Assembly: GCA_951406725.2 (NCBI GenBank)
Contig: OX597824.1
Coordinates: forward strand, 14,446,001-14,510,000
Direction of reading: 5' to 3'
DNA length: 64,000 bases
Source of the DNA: Octopus vulgaris
Taxonomy: Eukaryota
The notes under the pieces were generated by a model. It did no database searches, was not told the DNA's origin, and saw only the letters and a program-made list of their open reading frames with translations. The position numbers and the translations under genes were made by a program. This document shows positions 12,405 to 25,467 of the stretch, one piece after another (the first letter of the stretch is position 1; every line of letters begins with the position of its first letter).

Positions 12405-12655
12405 TCTACTCTAGGCACAAGGCCTGAAATTTTTGGGGGTAGGGGCCAGTCAATTAGATTGACACCAGCACACAACTAGTACTTAATTTATTGACCCCGA
12501 AGGGATGAAAGGCAAAGTCAACCTCGGCAGAATTTGAACTCAGAACGTAACGACAGACGAAATACCTATTTCTTTACTACCCACAAGGGGCTAAACACAG
12601 AGGGGACAAACAAGGACAGACAAATGGATTAAGTCGATTACATCAACCCCAGTGG
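12405..12655 (-). mobile_element. SINE family B (permuted / partly dimeric copy)
   Basis: Consensus GGCGGCGAGCTGGCAGAAACGTTAGCA...GAGTTCAAATTCC...GACTTTGCCTTTCATCCTTTCGGGGTCGAT. Other copies, approximately: 8889-9090+, 14170-14310-, 20130-20275-, 20519-20870+, 21356-21555-, 22474-22697+, 25866-26090+, 32097-32280+, 35793-36010+, 42018-42277+, 49700-49870-, 61807-62397+. Confidence 0.85.
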
Positions 12656-12957
12656 TTAATTCTAAATAATGTGAATTAATAAATATTAAACTTAACAGAT
12701 TAACCTGAATGCTAAATTGTTAATCATGTCTTCCTTTATGAATTTTTAAAGCTGGTTTTAAAATTTTGATTTCTTTTTGATTATTCACGATTTAAATTCT
12801 GCTTTTAATCTTGGAAAAATGTTTAAGAAATGTAGAAGTAATTGAATGCAATATTTTTTAAATTTTTTAATTAGACTGAACACCTTTGAAATCAGCTTTA
12901 TTCATTTCTCGTGTTTTGATAAATTTCAAAAAGTTGGCGCCCAAATTATTTTTGCAG

Positions 12958-13076
12958 GTTATACCATATGACTTTGGTTTCATTCTTGATGTCTAGTGGA
13001 CACTTCCTCTCTGAATTACTTTGGTTTCAGACGGCTGGCACAGGTACAGGTATTCTGGTGCAATTGCTTTTTTCAG
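12958..13076 (+). CDS. ERG28: ERG28 coding exon 3 (119 nt)
   Basis: Acceptor TTTTTGCAG, donor CAG|GTAAGT. LYHMTLVSFLMSSGHFLSELLWFQTA matches human LYHITLWTFLLALGHFLSELFVYGTA. Confidence 0.95.
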
Positions 13077-14685
13077 GTAAGTCTTTTCCGCTGGGGGATT
13101 TTGTGTTTTTATCACTCAGTCAACTACGACACTTTATAAGACTTCCACGATGAGTGTGAGGGAGGGAGAAAGGTCCCTTTAAACCAGATGCTTTACTTTT
13201 TTTTACATTCACTTGTTTCAGTTATTTGACTGTGGCCATGCTGGAGCACCGCCTTTAGTCGAGCAAATCGACCCCAGGACTTATTCTTTGGAAGCCTAGT
13301 ACTTATTCTATCGGTCTATTTTGCTGAACCACTAAGTTATGGGGACGTAAACACACCAGCATCGGTTGTCAAGCGATGTTGGGTGGGTTGGACAAACAGA
13401 CACACAAACATATACACACACACACACATATATACATACATATATACGAGGGGCTTCTTTCAGTTTCCGTCTACCAAATCCACTCACAAGGCTTTGGTCG
13501 GCCCAAGGCTATAGTAGAAGACACTTGCCCAAGGTGCCACACAGTGGGACTGAACTTGGAACCATGTGGTTGGTAAGCAAGCTACTTACCACACAGCCAC
13601 TCGTCAGAAAGTTTGCTAAAAGTACATCTAATAACCAGATGACAACATAAAACTAAATGATGGATTAGATTTACTATGTAAATCAGCTGCTGCAGTATTT
13701 GATCCTAGAACACAAAGAACTGGAAAAAATGTTGCAAGACATCCCATCTAATTCCAGTTTATTGCTCTAAAATTCTACTATATAGGCACAGGAGTGGCTG
13801 TGTGGTAAGTAGCTTGCTTACTAACACCATGGTTCCGGGTTCAGTCCCACTGCATGGCACCTTGGGCAAGTGTCTCCTACTATAGCCTTGGGCCAAGCAA
13901 AGCCTTGTGAGTGGATTTGGTAGACGGAAACTGAAAGAAGCCTGTTGTATATATGTATGTGTGTGTATATGTTTGTGTGTCTGTGTTTGTCCCCCAACAT
14001 CGCTTGACAACCGATGCTGGTGTGTTTAAGTCCCCGTCACTTAGCGCTTCGGCAAAAGAGACTGATAGAATAAGTACTAGGCTTACAAGAATAAGTCCTG
14101 GGGTCGATTTGCTCGACTAAAGGTGGAGCTCCAGCATGGCCACAGTCAAATGACTGAATCAAGTATACGAGTAAACGAGAATATTTATTGATCTTTGAAG
14201 GCTGAAAAGCAAACTTGACCTCAGCAGGATTTGAACTCAGAGTGTCTGAAGATGGAATAAATAACACAAGGTATTTTATCTGATGCTCTGACAACTCTGC
14301 CAATTCAACACCTATACGTGTAGACAGATGTGACTAGAACATATCCTTGCTGGTTATCTTCTAGTTATAATTTTACTGCTTTATTTATTAATACATTAAC
14401 ACCGAGATACCTGTTGTTTTTAACAGAGGTGTAGTCATTAAATTATTTCATTTTTAGGCAATTTTCTTTTCTTACATCAATAAGTGTGCCATCCTGTATA
14501 TTTATTGACTAATTCATTATTATTTCGAAAAATACAGGTAAAGCTATGTTTTGCTGATGAGGTCAGAATAAAACTTAAACCTGTTTGTCTGGAGTTGTCT
14601 CTCATACTTTGAGGAAAATGAAGAAATAATATTAGCCTTAAATTAATATCATTCTTTTTTTTTTACATTGCATATCTATTTCTAT

Positions 14686-14815
14686 GGAGGCGTGTGGCTT
14701 AGTGGTTAGAGTGTCAACATCATGATCGTAAAATTGTGGTTTCGATTCCTGGACTGGGCGACGCGTTGTGTTCTTTCACGTTGCTCCAATCTACTCAGCT
14801 GGCAAAAATGAGTAA
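14686..14815 (+). mobile_element. tRNA-derived SINE family D
   Basis: The head GGAGGCGTGTGGCTTAGTGGTTAG...GGTTTCGATTCC carries A and B boxes. Other copies are at about 31640-31770-, 34608-34750- and 60321-60510+. Confidence 0.75.
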
Positions 14816-15317
14816 CGCTGATGGACTGGCGTACCGTCCAGCTAGGGATCACATATGCCATAGAAACCGGGCCCATGAGCCTGGCTGGGCTTTAGAAAGG
14901 TGCATTTATTTATTATTTATATCTATTTCTACTGTTGTCACAAACTCACCTATTGTTAATATAACTTAAACTTCATCTTAAATGCATCTTTGCTTTTGGG
15001 TCTACAAATTACTGTGATTTTAAACAGTTGTTAACCCTATGAAAGACTGCTACTAACAGAGTAATCATCATCGTCACCATCATTTACTTTCCTCTTTCCA
15101 TGCTGGCATGGGTTAGATGGCTTAACAGGAACTGGTAAGCTGGAGAGCTGCACTAGGCTCCAGTCTGATTTGGCATGGCTTCTACCTCCAGATGCCTTTC
15201 CTAATGTCAACCACTCCAAGAGTGTAATGAGTGCTTTTTATGTGCCACTGGCACAGGTGTAAAAATGTCTATTTGATTGAACAGGTCAAGAAACTACATA
15301 GAAATTCCTTTATTTAA

Positions 15318-16669
15318 TTATTACCTCTGCCCAGGAAGGAGGTTATATATTCATTGGCGTTGGTTTGTCCATCTGTGTACAAAATAACTCAAAAGGTTGT
15401 TAACAGTATTTGATGAAACTTGCAGGAAAAGTTGGTAATAACACAAGGAACAGATGATGAAATTTTGGTAGTGATCTGGGAATTTTTATGGATTATTGAA
15501 GGATTTTTCATGTTATATCTACTTTACATGAAATAGTTACATTCTTTGATTATCTCCCTTGAAAACAAGTTCATCGTTTGCACGTAACCTATGGTGGCAT
15601 TGCTGTTTCCAAAGTTTATTTTCGTTTCTCTATTAGTAATTCTATTTGCATATCTATCTTCAAAGGAGCTGCTTGGCGGAGGTCTGCAGAGGATGACAAG
15701 ATGACAAGCCTTGACTATTGGGATTGACTCAAAAAGCTCAGGCTTTGCTCCCTCCACCGCCGCTGTGAGCTCTATATCATCTGTATGATGTGGAAAATAT
15801 TCCATCAACATTGCCCATCTTTAAAATTCAACCGAGGCTTGGCCCCTGTGCAATCTGTTCACTACAGAAATGTTTGTGTCGTATCACAACACTATGACAG
15901 AACTATTTCACCTCAATTGGCCCTACTCTCTTCAACATTGTGCCAGACACACATAAAGGAGGAAAAGTGACTTCACAGCATTCGACAATCCCTAGACAAT
16001 TACCCCCAACAAATACCAGATAAACCACCCACACCCAGATATGTCTCTGGAAATAATAACCCTCTGCTTGAATGTGCTACGGTTTCCCAGAGCTGACTGT
16101 GTATCTCTTCCAGGTGGTGCTATTAAATTGGCCTGAGTCAACTTCGGCCGAAACTTATCTAAGTAATCTAATCTATGCTGTAACCTTTTAATCAAAGTAT
16201 GACAACGTGGGTAGAAGCTGATATCTTAACATTTCTGATGGTCTTAATTATAAAAAAAAATGATTAAAGATTTATATAGAACAACATTCAGAGTATGTCT
16301 ATAAGCTATTGTGTTTAGACCTGGTTTCTATCCTCAAACTGTTCCGTTTTGTAGATGCAATTTTTTTTTCTTTTACTAAACCACTCCGAAATTAGAAAAA
16401 TCAAAACTCTGCAACAATCTTGGTCCCACGAGTATCGGATAATGGATTTTCAACTGTGTAAAAAAACTGATTGTGGCGATCGTAGTTTTGACGGTGATTG
16501 TGGTGAGAGCAGAGACAGTGTTGATGATGACGATGGTCGAAATAAGTAAAGGAGGAGGTTATGTTTCTGCCGGTGTTGGTTTGGAAAATTGAGCAATTTT
16601 CAACATGCGTGTATATGGGTGGGAATGAGCTGCTTGGCGGAGGTCTGCACTCTCCGAGTCCTTTTCTAG
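15318..16669 (+). mobile_element. Helentron/HINE-like element(s) bracketing a LINE 3' fragment
   Basis: Sub-terminal inverted repeat TACCTCTGCCCAGG / CTTGGCGGAGG at 15322, 15672 and 16633. The 3' end CTTGGCGGAGGTCTGCACTCTCCGAGTCCTTTTCTAGT is typical of non-autonomous Helentrons. Confidence 0.6.
15690..16150 (+). mobile_element. Decayed LINE (CR1/L2 group) ORF2 C-terminal fragment
   Basis: Translates with stops and frameshifts as LDYWD*LKKLRLCSLHRRCELYIICMMWKI...SIGPTLFNIVP...LDNYPQQIPDKPPTP. Confidence 0.65.
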
Positions 16670-16776
16670 TTTTATATTGATTTGTTACTTTTATAATGAT
16701 TCCTCAACTTGATTAACTCTTAATTACATAAAAAAAAATTGATAATACTCATTAGCTTTATATATTTCTCTTTCAG

Positions 16777-16850
16777 GTTTGTCTACAATTGCAATGGTAA
16801 TAGGATATTGGTTTTTAAATTCAGATTATAAACCAACGAAAAACTCTTAA
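16777..16850 (+). CDS. ERG28: ERG28 terminal coding exon 4
   Basis: Acceptor TTTCTCTTTCAG, then (G)LSTIAMVIGYWFLNSDYKPTKNS-TAA, compared with human FSILGMLVGLRYL. The spliced CDS is 229+91+119+74 = 513 nt, or 170 aa. Confidence 0.9.
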
Positions 16851-17390
16851 GAGGAGCCACTGCTGCAGAATTCAACAATGGAATTATTATACTTAAGAAC
16901 AAGAGACTTCTGTGAGAATTAGTGTGGTCACTGTACATCTCAGATGCTTTTATTGCAGATAGCTGGTTGTCTTTTAACACGTAAAAATCTCTGTTGACAT
17001 GTGGTAAACTGATGGCTTCATGTGCTGGAGTACAAGTCATTGTGAGTTCAAATCTTTTCAAAGAAAACATATTAGTTTCTCATGGTAAAAACTAAGTTCA
17101 CATTTGAATAAGTTGGTGTTAAACAATTTACAGTTGAGTGATTACAGTTAAAAAGCATATCCATTTGTTTAGTATTTATGTGAATGATTGAATTTGCAGA
17201 AATAGCACACCCAGGCAGGTATGTTAAAAAAAGAAAAATTATTGAAAGTTTAAAGTCTTCTCCTCACCAAAACCTCTGTCACAAGTATTGTATTGTGCCC
17301 TTGGGTGAAGTTAAAAACATATTCCCTCTACCTCAGCTTGGCTTGTTGGTAAATATATTGGTATTTGAAAGATCTGGAGTCAGTAATTTT

Positions 17391-17898
17391 GGTAAGACTT
17401 CCGCCTATCCCCCACCCCCATTTTTTTTGCCAAAAATCTTCATTGTGAAAATTCCGCCCCAACTTCTTCAATTTTGACTTTTTTCCATAACACTAAACCT
17501 AAAACCCTAACCTTAACCCCCTAATCCTAACCCTAAAACTGTAACTGTAAGTGCAGAAATGTTTTGAAATTCTTGTCCGAATCCAGATGTCTGCATATTT
17601 CCACATATTTAGAAAAGAAAAAATTCTTAAAAAAAAATTTTACAAAGATTTTTGGAAATTGATTTCAGAATCATAATCTCCGTATTTTTCCACATATTTT
17701 GAGAAAAGAAAAATTCTGAAAAAAGTTAAAAATGAAGGAAATGGGGGGTGGGAGGGTGGTTTAATTTAGAAATGTCGAATTTTGCCAATTTTTTTGCAGA
17801 TTCGTATTCCCCATAGCTGAGAAGTGGGGGTTTGTCTCGAAAAAAAAAAGTTTTAAAAAAGGGTGGTTTTTGGGTGGGGGACGGGCGGAAGTCTTGCT
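17391..17898. mobile_element. MITE with GG-started TIR and near-perfect 8-bp TSD
   Basis: TIRs GGTAAGACTTCCGCC and GGCGGAAGTCTTGC; flanks GTAATTTT and GTGATTTT; internal CCCTAA-like repeats. Confidence 0.7.
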
Positions 17899-18556
17899 GT
17901 GATTTTTATTCTTGATAAATAATGGACATCATGCTGGAGAGTTATAAGCTTATATCCTAAAACTGGTGCTGTGATATTGTGCTTATAATAGAAAGGATTA
18001 TTAGAATTATTAGACACTACCTCTCTCCTTATTAGGATTATTAGACACTACTTCTCTCATTCCTGGCAGCAGAGCAAATAACTTGGTGGTGGAGCATAAA
18101 AACTTGAACAATAATTAGAAACATTAGGCGCAGGAGTGGCTGTGTGGTAAGTAGCTTGTTTACTAACCACATGGCTCCGGGTTCAGTCCCACTGCGTGGC
18201 ATCTTGGGCAAGTGTCTTCTGCTATAGCCCCGGGCCGACCAATGCCTTGTGAGTGGATTTGGTAGACGGAAACTGAAAGAAGCCTGTCGTATATATGTAT
18301 ATATATATATAAGTGTGTGTGTATATGTTTGTGTGTCTGTGTTTGTCCCCCTAGCATTGCTTGACAACCGATGCTGGTTTGTTTACGTCCCCGTCACTTA
18401 GCGGTTCGGCAAAAGAGACCGATAGAATAAGTACTGGGCTTACAAAGAATAAGTCCCGGGGTCGATTTGCTCGACTAAAGGTGGTGCTCCAGCATGGCCG
18501 CAGTCAAATGACTGAAACAAGTAAAAGAGAAAGAGAAGAGAAACATTATCATGATG

Positions 18557-18778
18557 TTAACCTTTTGGCATTTAGCCACATCCAGCCAAAATATTCTTCC
18601 TGTTTTATGTTCAAACTGGCAAGATCCAGCCTCTCACACCTACCCTGCAATGTTAGTCTAAAAAATATAGTCTCTTAATTGAAAGCTCAAAGCTACGAAA
18701 TAATACAGGATAAATTCAAAACAATGTGAATAAATAAGCATTATGTTTGATAGAATAATCTGAATGATAAAGAGTTAA
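18557..18778. mobile_element. piggyBac-like MITE (TTAA-flanked)
   Basis: Reads TTAACCTTTTGGCATT ... AATGATAAAGAGTTAA. A related inverted copy is at about 29086-29268. Confidence 0.6.
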
Positions 18779-18862
18779 ATATGCAAAAATTTCTAGAACT
18801 GTTCAACCCATATGTAGCATAAGTAAAAAACAAAAAAAACAACAACTTTCTTTTTGAGTATC

Positions 18863-18895
<33 letters not shown>

Positions 18896-18914
18896 TGTCC
18901 AGGTCTGATTGCAA

Positions 18915-19170
18915 TAAAGATCTATAGTGTACAGGATCTGTCCTCTTTATTTCGAGGTACAGCTTGATGTCATCTGCATATTTCAGCACTGTGGCATTCT
19001 TTAAGTTGCAACAAATAAAAGGGGGCCAAGAACAGATCCCTGTGGTACACCAGATATCATCTCATAGGGTGAAGAGTGCTGTCCTAGAACTGTGACAACC
19101 TCTTTTCAGCCGACAATGAAGGACTTCAACCAGTTATAGAGATCATCTCTTACACCCATTGCAGAGAGTA
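18915..19170 (-). mobile_element. CR1/L2-type reverse transcriptase fragment
   Basis: The minus strand gives LYNWLKSFI...ISGVPQGSVLGPLLF...LKYADDIKLY, which contains the RT PQG and YADD motifs, with a stop and a deletion. Confidence 0.85.
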
Positions 19171-22100
19171 AATCCCTGCTTTGATATACAAGTATGGCTT
19201 ACATTTTGACCTGTAGAGTTTGAAGTATAATTCTGCTGAGCCAATGAGATATATCTGATTAATCAGCTTATGACAAACTACTTCTCTTACATTAATCTTT
19301 CAGAAATGAACGAATGTCACAATCTTAATTCCCCCTCTCTATGTTTGTAATCATTTGCTGTCGTGAGAAATCAGTGTTAGTGCATCACATAATGATTTAA
19401 CTAATGAATATAATCAAGAATTAATATCAGTACAATGTAACAGGCAGAAAGAAAGCTAAGTTTTTCAAAGTGATTTTCTTTCATATTGTTAAACTAATAT
19501 TTTACACAAATAAACCTTTATCAACACTAGAATTTGAACAGAAGAGTTACAATTAATCAGAAGTATATGAGTTGTCCTACTTTGTATATATATATATATA
19601 TGTCAGGTGTAGGAGTGGCTGTGTGGTAAGTAGCTTGCTTACCAACCACAGGGTTCCGGGTTCAGTCCCACTGCGTAGCACCTTGGGCAAGTGTCTTCTA
19701 CTACAGCCTTGGGCTGTCCAAAGCCTTGAGAGTGGATTTGGTAGCCAGAAACTGAAAGTAGTCCGTCGTATATATGTATATATATGTGTGTGTGTGTTTG
19801 TCCCCCCAACATCGCTTGACAACCGATACTGGTGTGTTTACGTCCCCGTAACTTAGTGGTTCGGCAAAAGAGACCAATAGAATAAGTACTAGGCTTACAA
19901 AGAATAAGTCCTGGGGTCGATTTGCTCGACTAAAGCCAGTGCTCCAGCATGGCCACAGTCACATGACTGAAACAAGTAAAAGAGTATATATATATGGTGA
20001 GAGAAAGTGGGGAGTATCATATAATTATATCTTCTGTTCGTAATAGGCCTTCATTGGATAAAGCTGTCCTCTCCCCAATATAATTATGTAGATTAGTAGA
20101 AATGGTAGTGAGGGACAAAATGACTAGTGGTATTTGTTTCTGTCCTTTTCTATACTGAATTTAAATCCTGCCAAAAATTGATAGAATAAGTGCCAGTAAA
20201 GTACTGGGATCAATTTACTCACCTGTTCCCTCACAAAATTTGTTGTCCTCTGCCTATGTGAGAAAACAATGATTGTTACATTCCAAACTATGTTAGAAAG
20301 AATATATAACAAATAAAATGAGGTATATTTCATTTATTGTGTATGAAAAAATAACTGAGCACATTTGTAATTCAGTATTAACCTTTAGAACACTGTAGGT
20401 GCATCACATCACCATATGAGTTTTCTCCCCTGCAGTTACAGGGCAGTGACAAGGGAAACAATTCTATAGGAAATACAGTGTGCTAATGATTAAATAATTA
20501 GCATTTATGTTTTAATGAAGGCGGTGAGCTGGCAGAATTATTAGCATACTGGACTAAATACTTAGTGACATTTCTTCCAGCTTCTTACATTCTGAATTCA
20601 AATTTCACCAAGGTCGACTTTACCTTTCATAGTCTATAGCAAAAGTACCAGTAATTGACTGGTCCTCTCCCACCAAAATTTCAGACCTTGTGTCTATGTT
20701 AGAAAAATTAATTTTTATCTATGTTCTGAGCTTAAATTCTGTTCAGGCTGACTTTGCCTTTTATCTTTTCTGGGGTTGATAAAACAAGTACCAGTTGAGC
20801 TCTAGGTTTGATGTAATCGAATTGCTTTCTCCTCCAAAATTTCAGAGCTTGCCCTATTGTAGAAATTATAATCGGATTCATTACAATCATTATTGGATTA
20901 AGCTCTTATACATATATACATAAACATTTAAGTCCAACACTTCAAAAAAATTCCATTGATATTTCTTTTTTGTAGAAAATTAAAAAAATTCTTTTGTAGA
21001 TGTTTTTGTTTTTGTCAGTGAAAATGACAGTTGAAATTTGCGTGGACACCATTGAGTCAGATACAATGGCATTGCAAAGATTTACAGAGCCTGCGAGGCA
21101 AAGATGCTGTTGGCTCTCTGCCTTAATTAACTGGCAGGTGGGGGAGCATCCTTCACATCTGTGCCCAGGGAGGACTTTTTTTCCTCTTGCTATACTTCTA
21201 GCAAGGATCCCAACTTTCAGTTTCATGTTGAAGAATACCACATTTTCTCAATGTAGCCTCTTGCTACAAATATCATATTAACTAACTCCATAGTTGCTTG
21301 TGAAACTAGGCTCCAATCTCTGCATATGACTATTCTCTGACAATATCACAGTTTACCTATTTCTTTACAAGGGGCTAAACACAGAGAGGACAAACAGATT
21401 AAGTTGATATCGATCCCAGGGCGTAACTGGTACTTATTTAATCGACCCCCGAAAGGATGAAAGGCAAAGTCGACCACGGCGGAATTTGAACTCAGAACGT
21501 AAAGACAGACGAATTGCATAGCCCATGTGCTATGATTCTGCCACTTCACCGCCTTGGATTACGGGTGTATTATTGTCCGATATTACTCATAGTGGCAAAA
21601 ATACCTTCCCAATAGCATGCTAACGATTTTGCCAGTTTGCCGCGAATATCACAGTTTACCAAGATGGTGAAGTAGTGACTGAGGGAAGTTTTTCTATTTT
21701 TATCAATTGGTAACCATAAGTATGTTGAAGTATTTATTTCTTTAAGAAACTTAGAGCTTCTTGGTTAAGCTTGTTTTCAGAGTGAAACTAACTTCCCAGC
21801 TGTTGGATACTTATTCCAGTAATGAAAAGTTTAATGCACATCAATGCATTAAAAATACATTTCCATCCTCAAAGATCAATCTAGTAAGACAAAGGCAATG
21901 ATTCTTCCTACCTCATTTGTTAAATACCATAACAATACCCTTAAATGTTTGCTCTACATCTCTCAAGAATATAAAGCTCTGCATATTTTCCACCAACTTC
22001 ATTTTAAATATATGTTTGATTCATAATTATTCCTTAACTTGTTCCAGTCATTGGATTGCAGCCATGCTAGGTTTTGGTCATTCAAATCAAAGTCTGGTAC

Positions 22101-24258
22101 TTATACTATCAATCTATGTCAGTGAACCACTGAAATCACAGGGATGTAACCAAACCAACACTAATTGTTTCATGGTGAGACACAAACACACATATATGGT
22201 AAGCTTCTACCCAGTTTCCATCTATCAGATTTATTCACAAGGCAATGGTCAGTCACTGGCTATAGAAGAAGACAATGAGTCGAGCTGCTGTGAAGTAGGA
22301 CTGAACCCTGAAATCACATGGTTACAAAACAAACATCTTAACCACACAACCAAGTGGTTGAAAATGCCTTGTTACTTGTATGGCTGGTAACTCTGCTTGC
22401 ATTCTATTTTATCATCATCATCATCATTTAACCTCCGCTTTCCTGGCAAGGGTAAGACGGTTTGACTGAAGAAGGTGGCGAGCTGGCAGAAACGTTAGCA
22501 CGCCGGGCAAAATGCTTAGCGATATTTGGTCTGCCGCTACGTTCTGAGTTCAAATTCCACCGAGGTCGACTTTGCCTTTCACCCTTTCAGAGTCGATAAA
22601 TTAAGTACCAGTTACGCACTGGGGTCGATGTAATCGACTTAATCCCTTTGCCTGTCCTTGTTTGTTCCCGTGTTTAGCCCCTTGTGGGCAGTAAAGACAG
22701 AGGTTTGACTGAAACTGGTAAGCCAGTGAGCTGCACCAAGCTCCAATCTGATTTGGCATGGTTTCTATGGCTGGATGCCCTTCCTAACACCTCATATATA
22801 TATATTCCAATTTTTATAAAATACAAGTTGATGACTGTCAAAACCATTCCACATTTGTAATGTTTATTTATTACCGAAGTATTTTCAAGCACCGTATTTC
22901 TGTTTTCCAAACAGCATTTCAGTAATAACAATCTACTAATAAAGTCCATTCTGGAAATTTGCCTCATTATAATTCTAATCACAAATATATTTAAAGCCGA
23001 TTTGATCTCATCAAAACTGAATTGTTATCTCACCTTTATCATCATCATCATCGTCGTTTAACGTCCGCTTTCCATACTAGCATGGGTTGGACGATTTAAT
23101 TGAGGTCTGGCGAACCAGACTCTAATCTGATCTGGCAGAGTTTCTACAGCTGGGTGCCCTTCCTAATGCCAACCACTCCAAGAGTGTAGTGGGTGCTTTT
23201 ACATGCAACGAGCACGAGGGCCAGTTTTGTGGTACTGGCAACAGCCACGCCCAAATGGTGCTTTTTATGTGCTACGTCATAATCATTCAACTGTCAGGAT
23301 ATTTTGCTATGACACAACCGTAAAATCTTATATCACCATAGTTTTATTCGTTAGTATAGGTTGAGTGAAGCTTATTGAAGCAGTGTTCTACGGCTGAATG
23401 CTCTTCCTGATGCTAACCCTCACTTGTTTATTCATTTCATTTTTACTTCTGCAAGTAAGGTGCTTTATTCCATTGGTCTCCTCATTTCAAACTACCAACC
23501 TACAGGCTTATTGTTTATGCAGAACATAAACAAACATCAATACTGCCCAAGCTGTGTCAATGTGAAGATAAGCACACATGCACTCATCCTCGTTTAACGT
23601 CTGCTTTCCATGCTGGCATGGGTTGGACGATTTGACTGAGGCCTGGCGAACCAGATGGCTGCAATCTTGATCTGGCAGAGTTTCTACAGCTCGAAGCCCT
23701 TCCTAATGCCAACCACTCCAAGAGTGCAGTGGGGCCAGTCAGGCAGTACTGGCAACAACCTCGCTCGAATCCTTTTACATATGGCACAGGTGCCAGTAAG
23801 GCGACGCTGGTAACGATCACACTCGAATGGTGCCTTTTATGTGTCACTGGCACGGAAGCCGGTTAGCCGCTCTGGCAACGATCACACTCGTATGGTGCTC
23901 CTTGCACTCCGCTAACATGGATGCCAGTCAGCGAATTTGATTTTGAAATATATCATGGCCTTCCATACAGATTCCATCTACCAAATTTCATTCACGAGGC
24001 AATAATAGAAGACATTTGCCCAAAGTACCACACCGTAAGATCAAACCTGAAATTGCATGGTTGTGAAGAGAACTCTTTGACCACACAGCTATACATGCAC
24101 CTTGGCTATTTTGTCATGATTTGCATGTTGAAAATTTTACTTTCAGTTTCATTAGAATACTAATTCTTTAAATTCCTGCCACTCTAATTGCAATACCAAC
24201 TCTTACCTGTAACCTGGTGTCTACTCACCTTTTCTTTGTATCCAGCAAAGCACAAAAT

Positions 24259-24455
24259 GGTAATCTTACGGTACAAGTACCATAACTGCCAATTATAAAC
24301 CCACGTGGGTTTGTTTACATTTCTGAAGAAAAAAGACACCCTTTTCTCCCCCCCCCCCCCGATATATATAAAAAAAACTTTACAGAGACTGACGATCTTC
24401 TTCAAATGTAAACAAACACACGTGGCAGTTATGGTACTTGTACCGAAAGATGGCC
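24259..24455. mobile_element. Short GG-ended MITE with 8-bp TSD (7/8 match)
   Basis: TIRs GGTAATCTTACGGTACAAGTACCATAACTGCC and GGCAGTTATGGTACTTGTACCGAAAGATGGCC; flanks CACAAAAT and CACAAAAC. The interior resembles that of the 11593 MITE. Confidence 0.8.
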
Positions 24456-24669
24456 CACAAAACTCCTTGGTTTTCATGTTTCCCTCCCACTAATACTTTT
24501 TTGCATCTTTATGGTTCAGCCTGAAGTAGATATTTGATCAAAGACTTTCCAACCATGACCATACCATTCCACAGACTATTATTGAGTGTCCCTCCCTTTT
24601 CAACAGGATAGGGTGTAATTTGAGGGGGATCTGGCTGCTATTTCTAGTAAGTCAAATGAATATGTAGAG

Positions 24670-24893
24670 CAGTGGTTCTTAACCTGGGTCCAATATAAGA
24701 TTTTGTTGCTTAAGCTTGGGTTTACTTCTACAAAATACAAAATATTTTAAATTTTTATACAATTCCCATGAATATTTAATTACAAAAATGTAATGGGATT
24801 TTTTTCAAACATCGAATGATTTTGAGGGTCCACCCAAGTAAATTTGGTATCAAAGAGGTCCAAAGGTAAAAAAAATGGTTGAGAGGACCACTG
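24670..24893. mobile_element. hAT (Charlie-like) MITE
   Basis: CAGTGGTTCTTAACC ... GGTTGAGAGGACCACTG, with a perfect 8-bp TSD ATGTAGAG at 24662-24669 and 24894-24901. Confidence 0.9.
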
Positions 24894-25066
24894 ATGTAGA
24901 GTCTGATTTGGTTTGGTATTATTCCTGTCAAAATCTATGGTTATTTCCTTGTTGAAATATTTCCTCTTCTCGGTAGTTTAAATAATAAAATACCTGATTC
25001 AGATGTCATGGGTTTTCTACACAATTTCTGAAGGCTGTGTGTTCAAATCACGTCGGGGTCACCAAT

Positions 25067-25467
25067 TGTAACAGGATGAGAGCTTCCTGCACTGGATGGG
25101 TGCAGTTCGCATCCTTTACATTAAATATTAATCGAAGAAAGAGTTAAGATTTCTGATTGACTTCAACAGTAATTTTATTCTTTGATTTGCAAATATAAAC
25201 ATTTCCTTCCTCTGGGCGAATCTGCAACCTAGGAGCTTATCGGCAGTAGTCAATCCTGCCCGTTCAAGCATAGCGGGGATGCGCCACGAGGTAGCAGCTC
25301 TAGAGAGCTGATGCAGACACATCTGTCTTGTTCAGCTGCCAGTGTCCAAGAGAATTTCGCTACTGCTAGTTTTCTGTGCATGCACATGAAGGAACTTCCA
25401 GCAGGTCTTCTGGAAGACTCCAACCCTGCGCATGCGTGCTGGAGATTTCCAATACGGCGTCACTACA
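25067..25467. mobile_element. Putative solo LTR
   Basis: TGTAAC...CACTACA termini, GC-richer than the flanks, with flanks CAAT and CTAT (3/4 match). Shares the CTGCAC..GGGTGCAGTT motif with 40361-40921. Confidence 0.6.

Noticed and set aside
14550-14590. CTGATGAG suggesting a hammerhead ribozyme core
   Set aside because: There is no convincing stem II followed by GAAA and no stem I/III pairing.
18126-18200. tRNA-like sequence with A and B boxes (also at 14686)
   Set aside because: These are SINE heads continuing into repeat bodies, with no complete cloverleaf.
21018-21137. Exon-like segment MTVEICVDTIES, faintly like the CutC N-terminus
   Set aside because: The similarity stops after about 10 residues, GADRIELC-like motifs are absent, and no partner exons were found.
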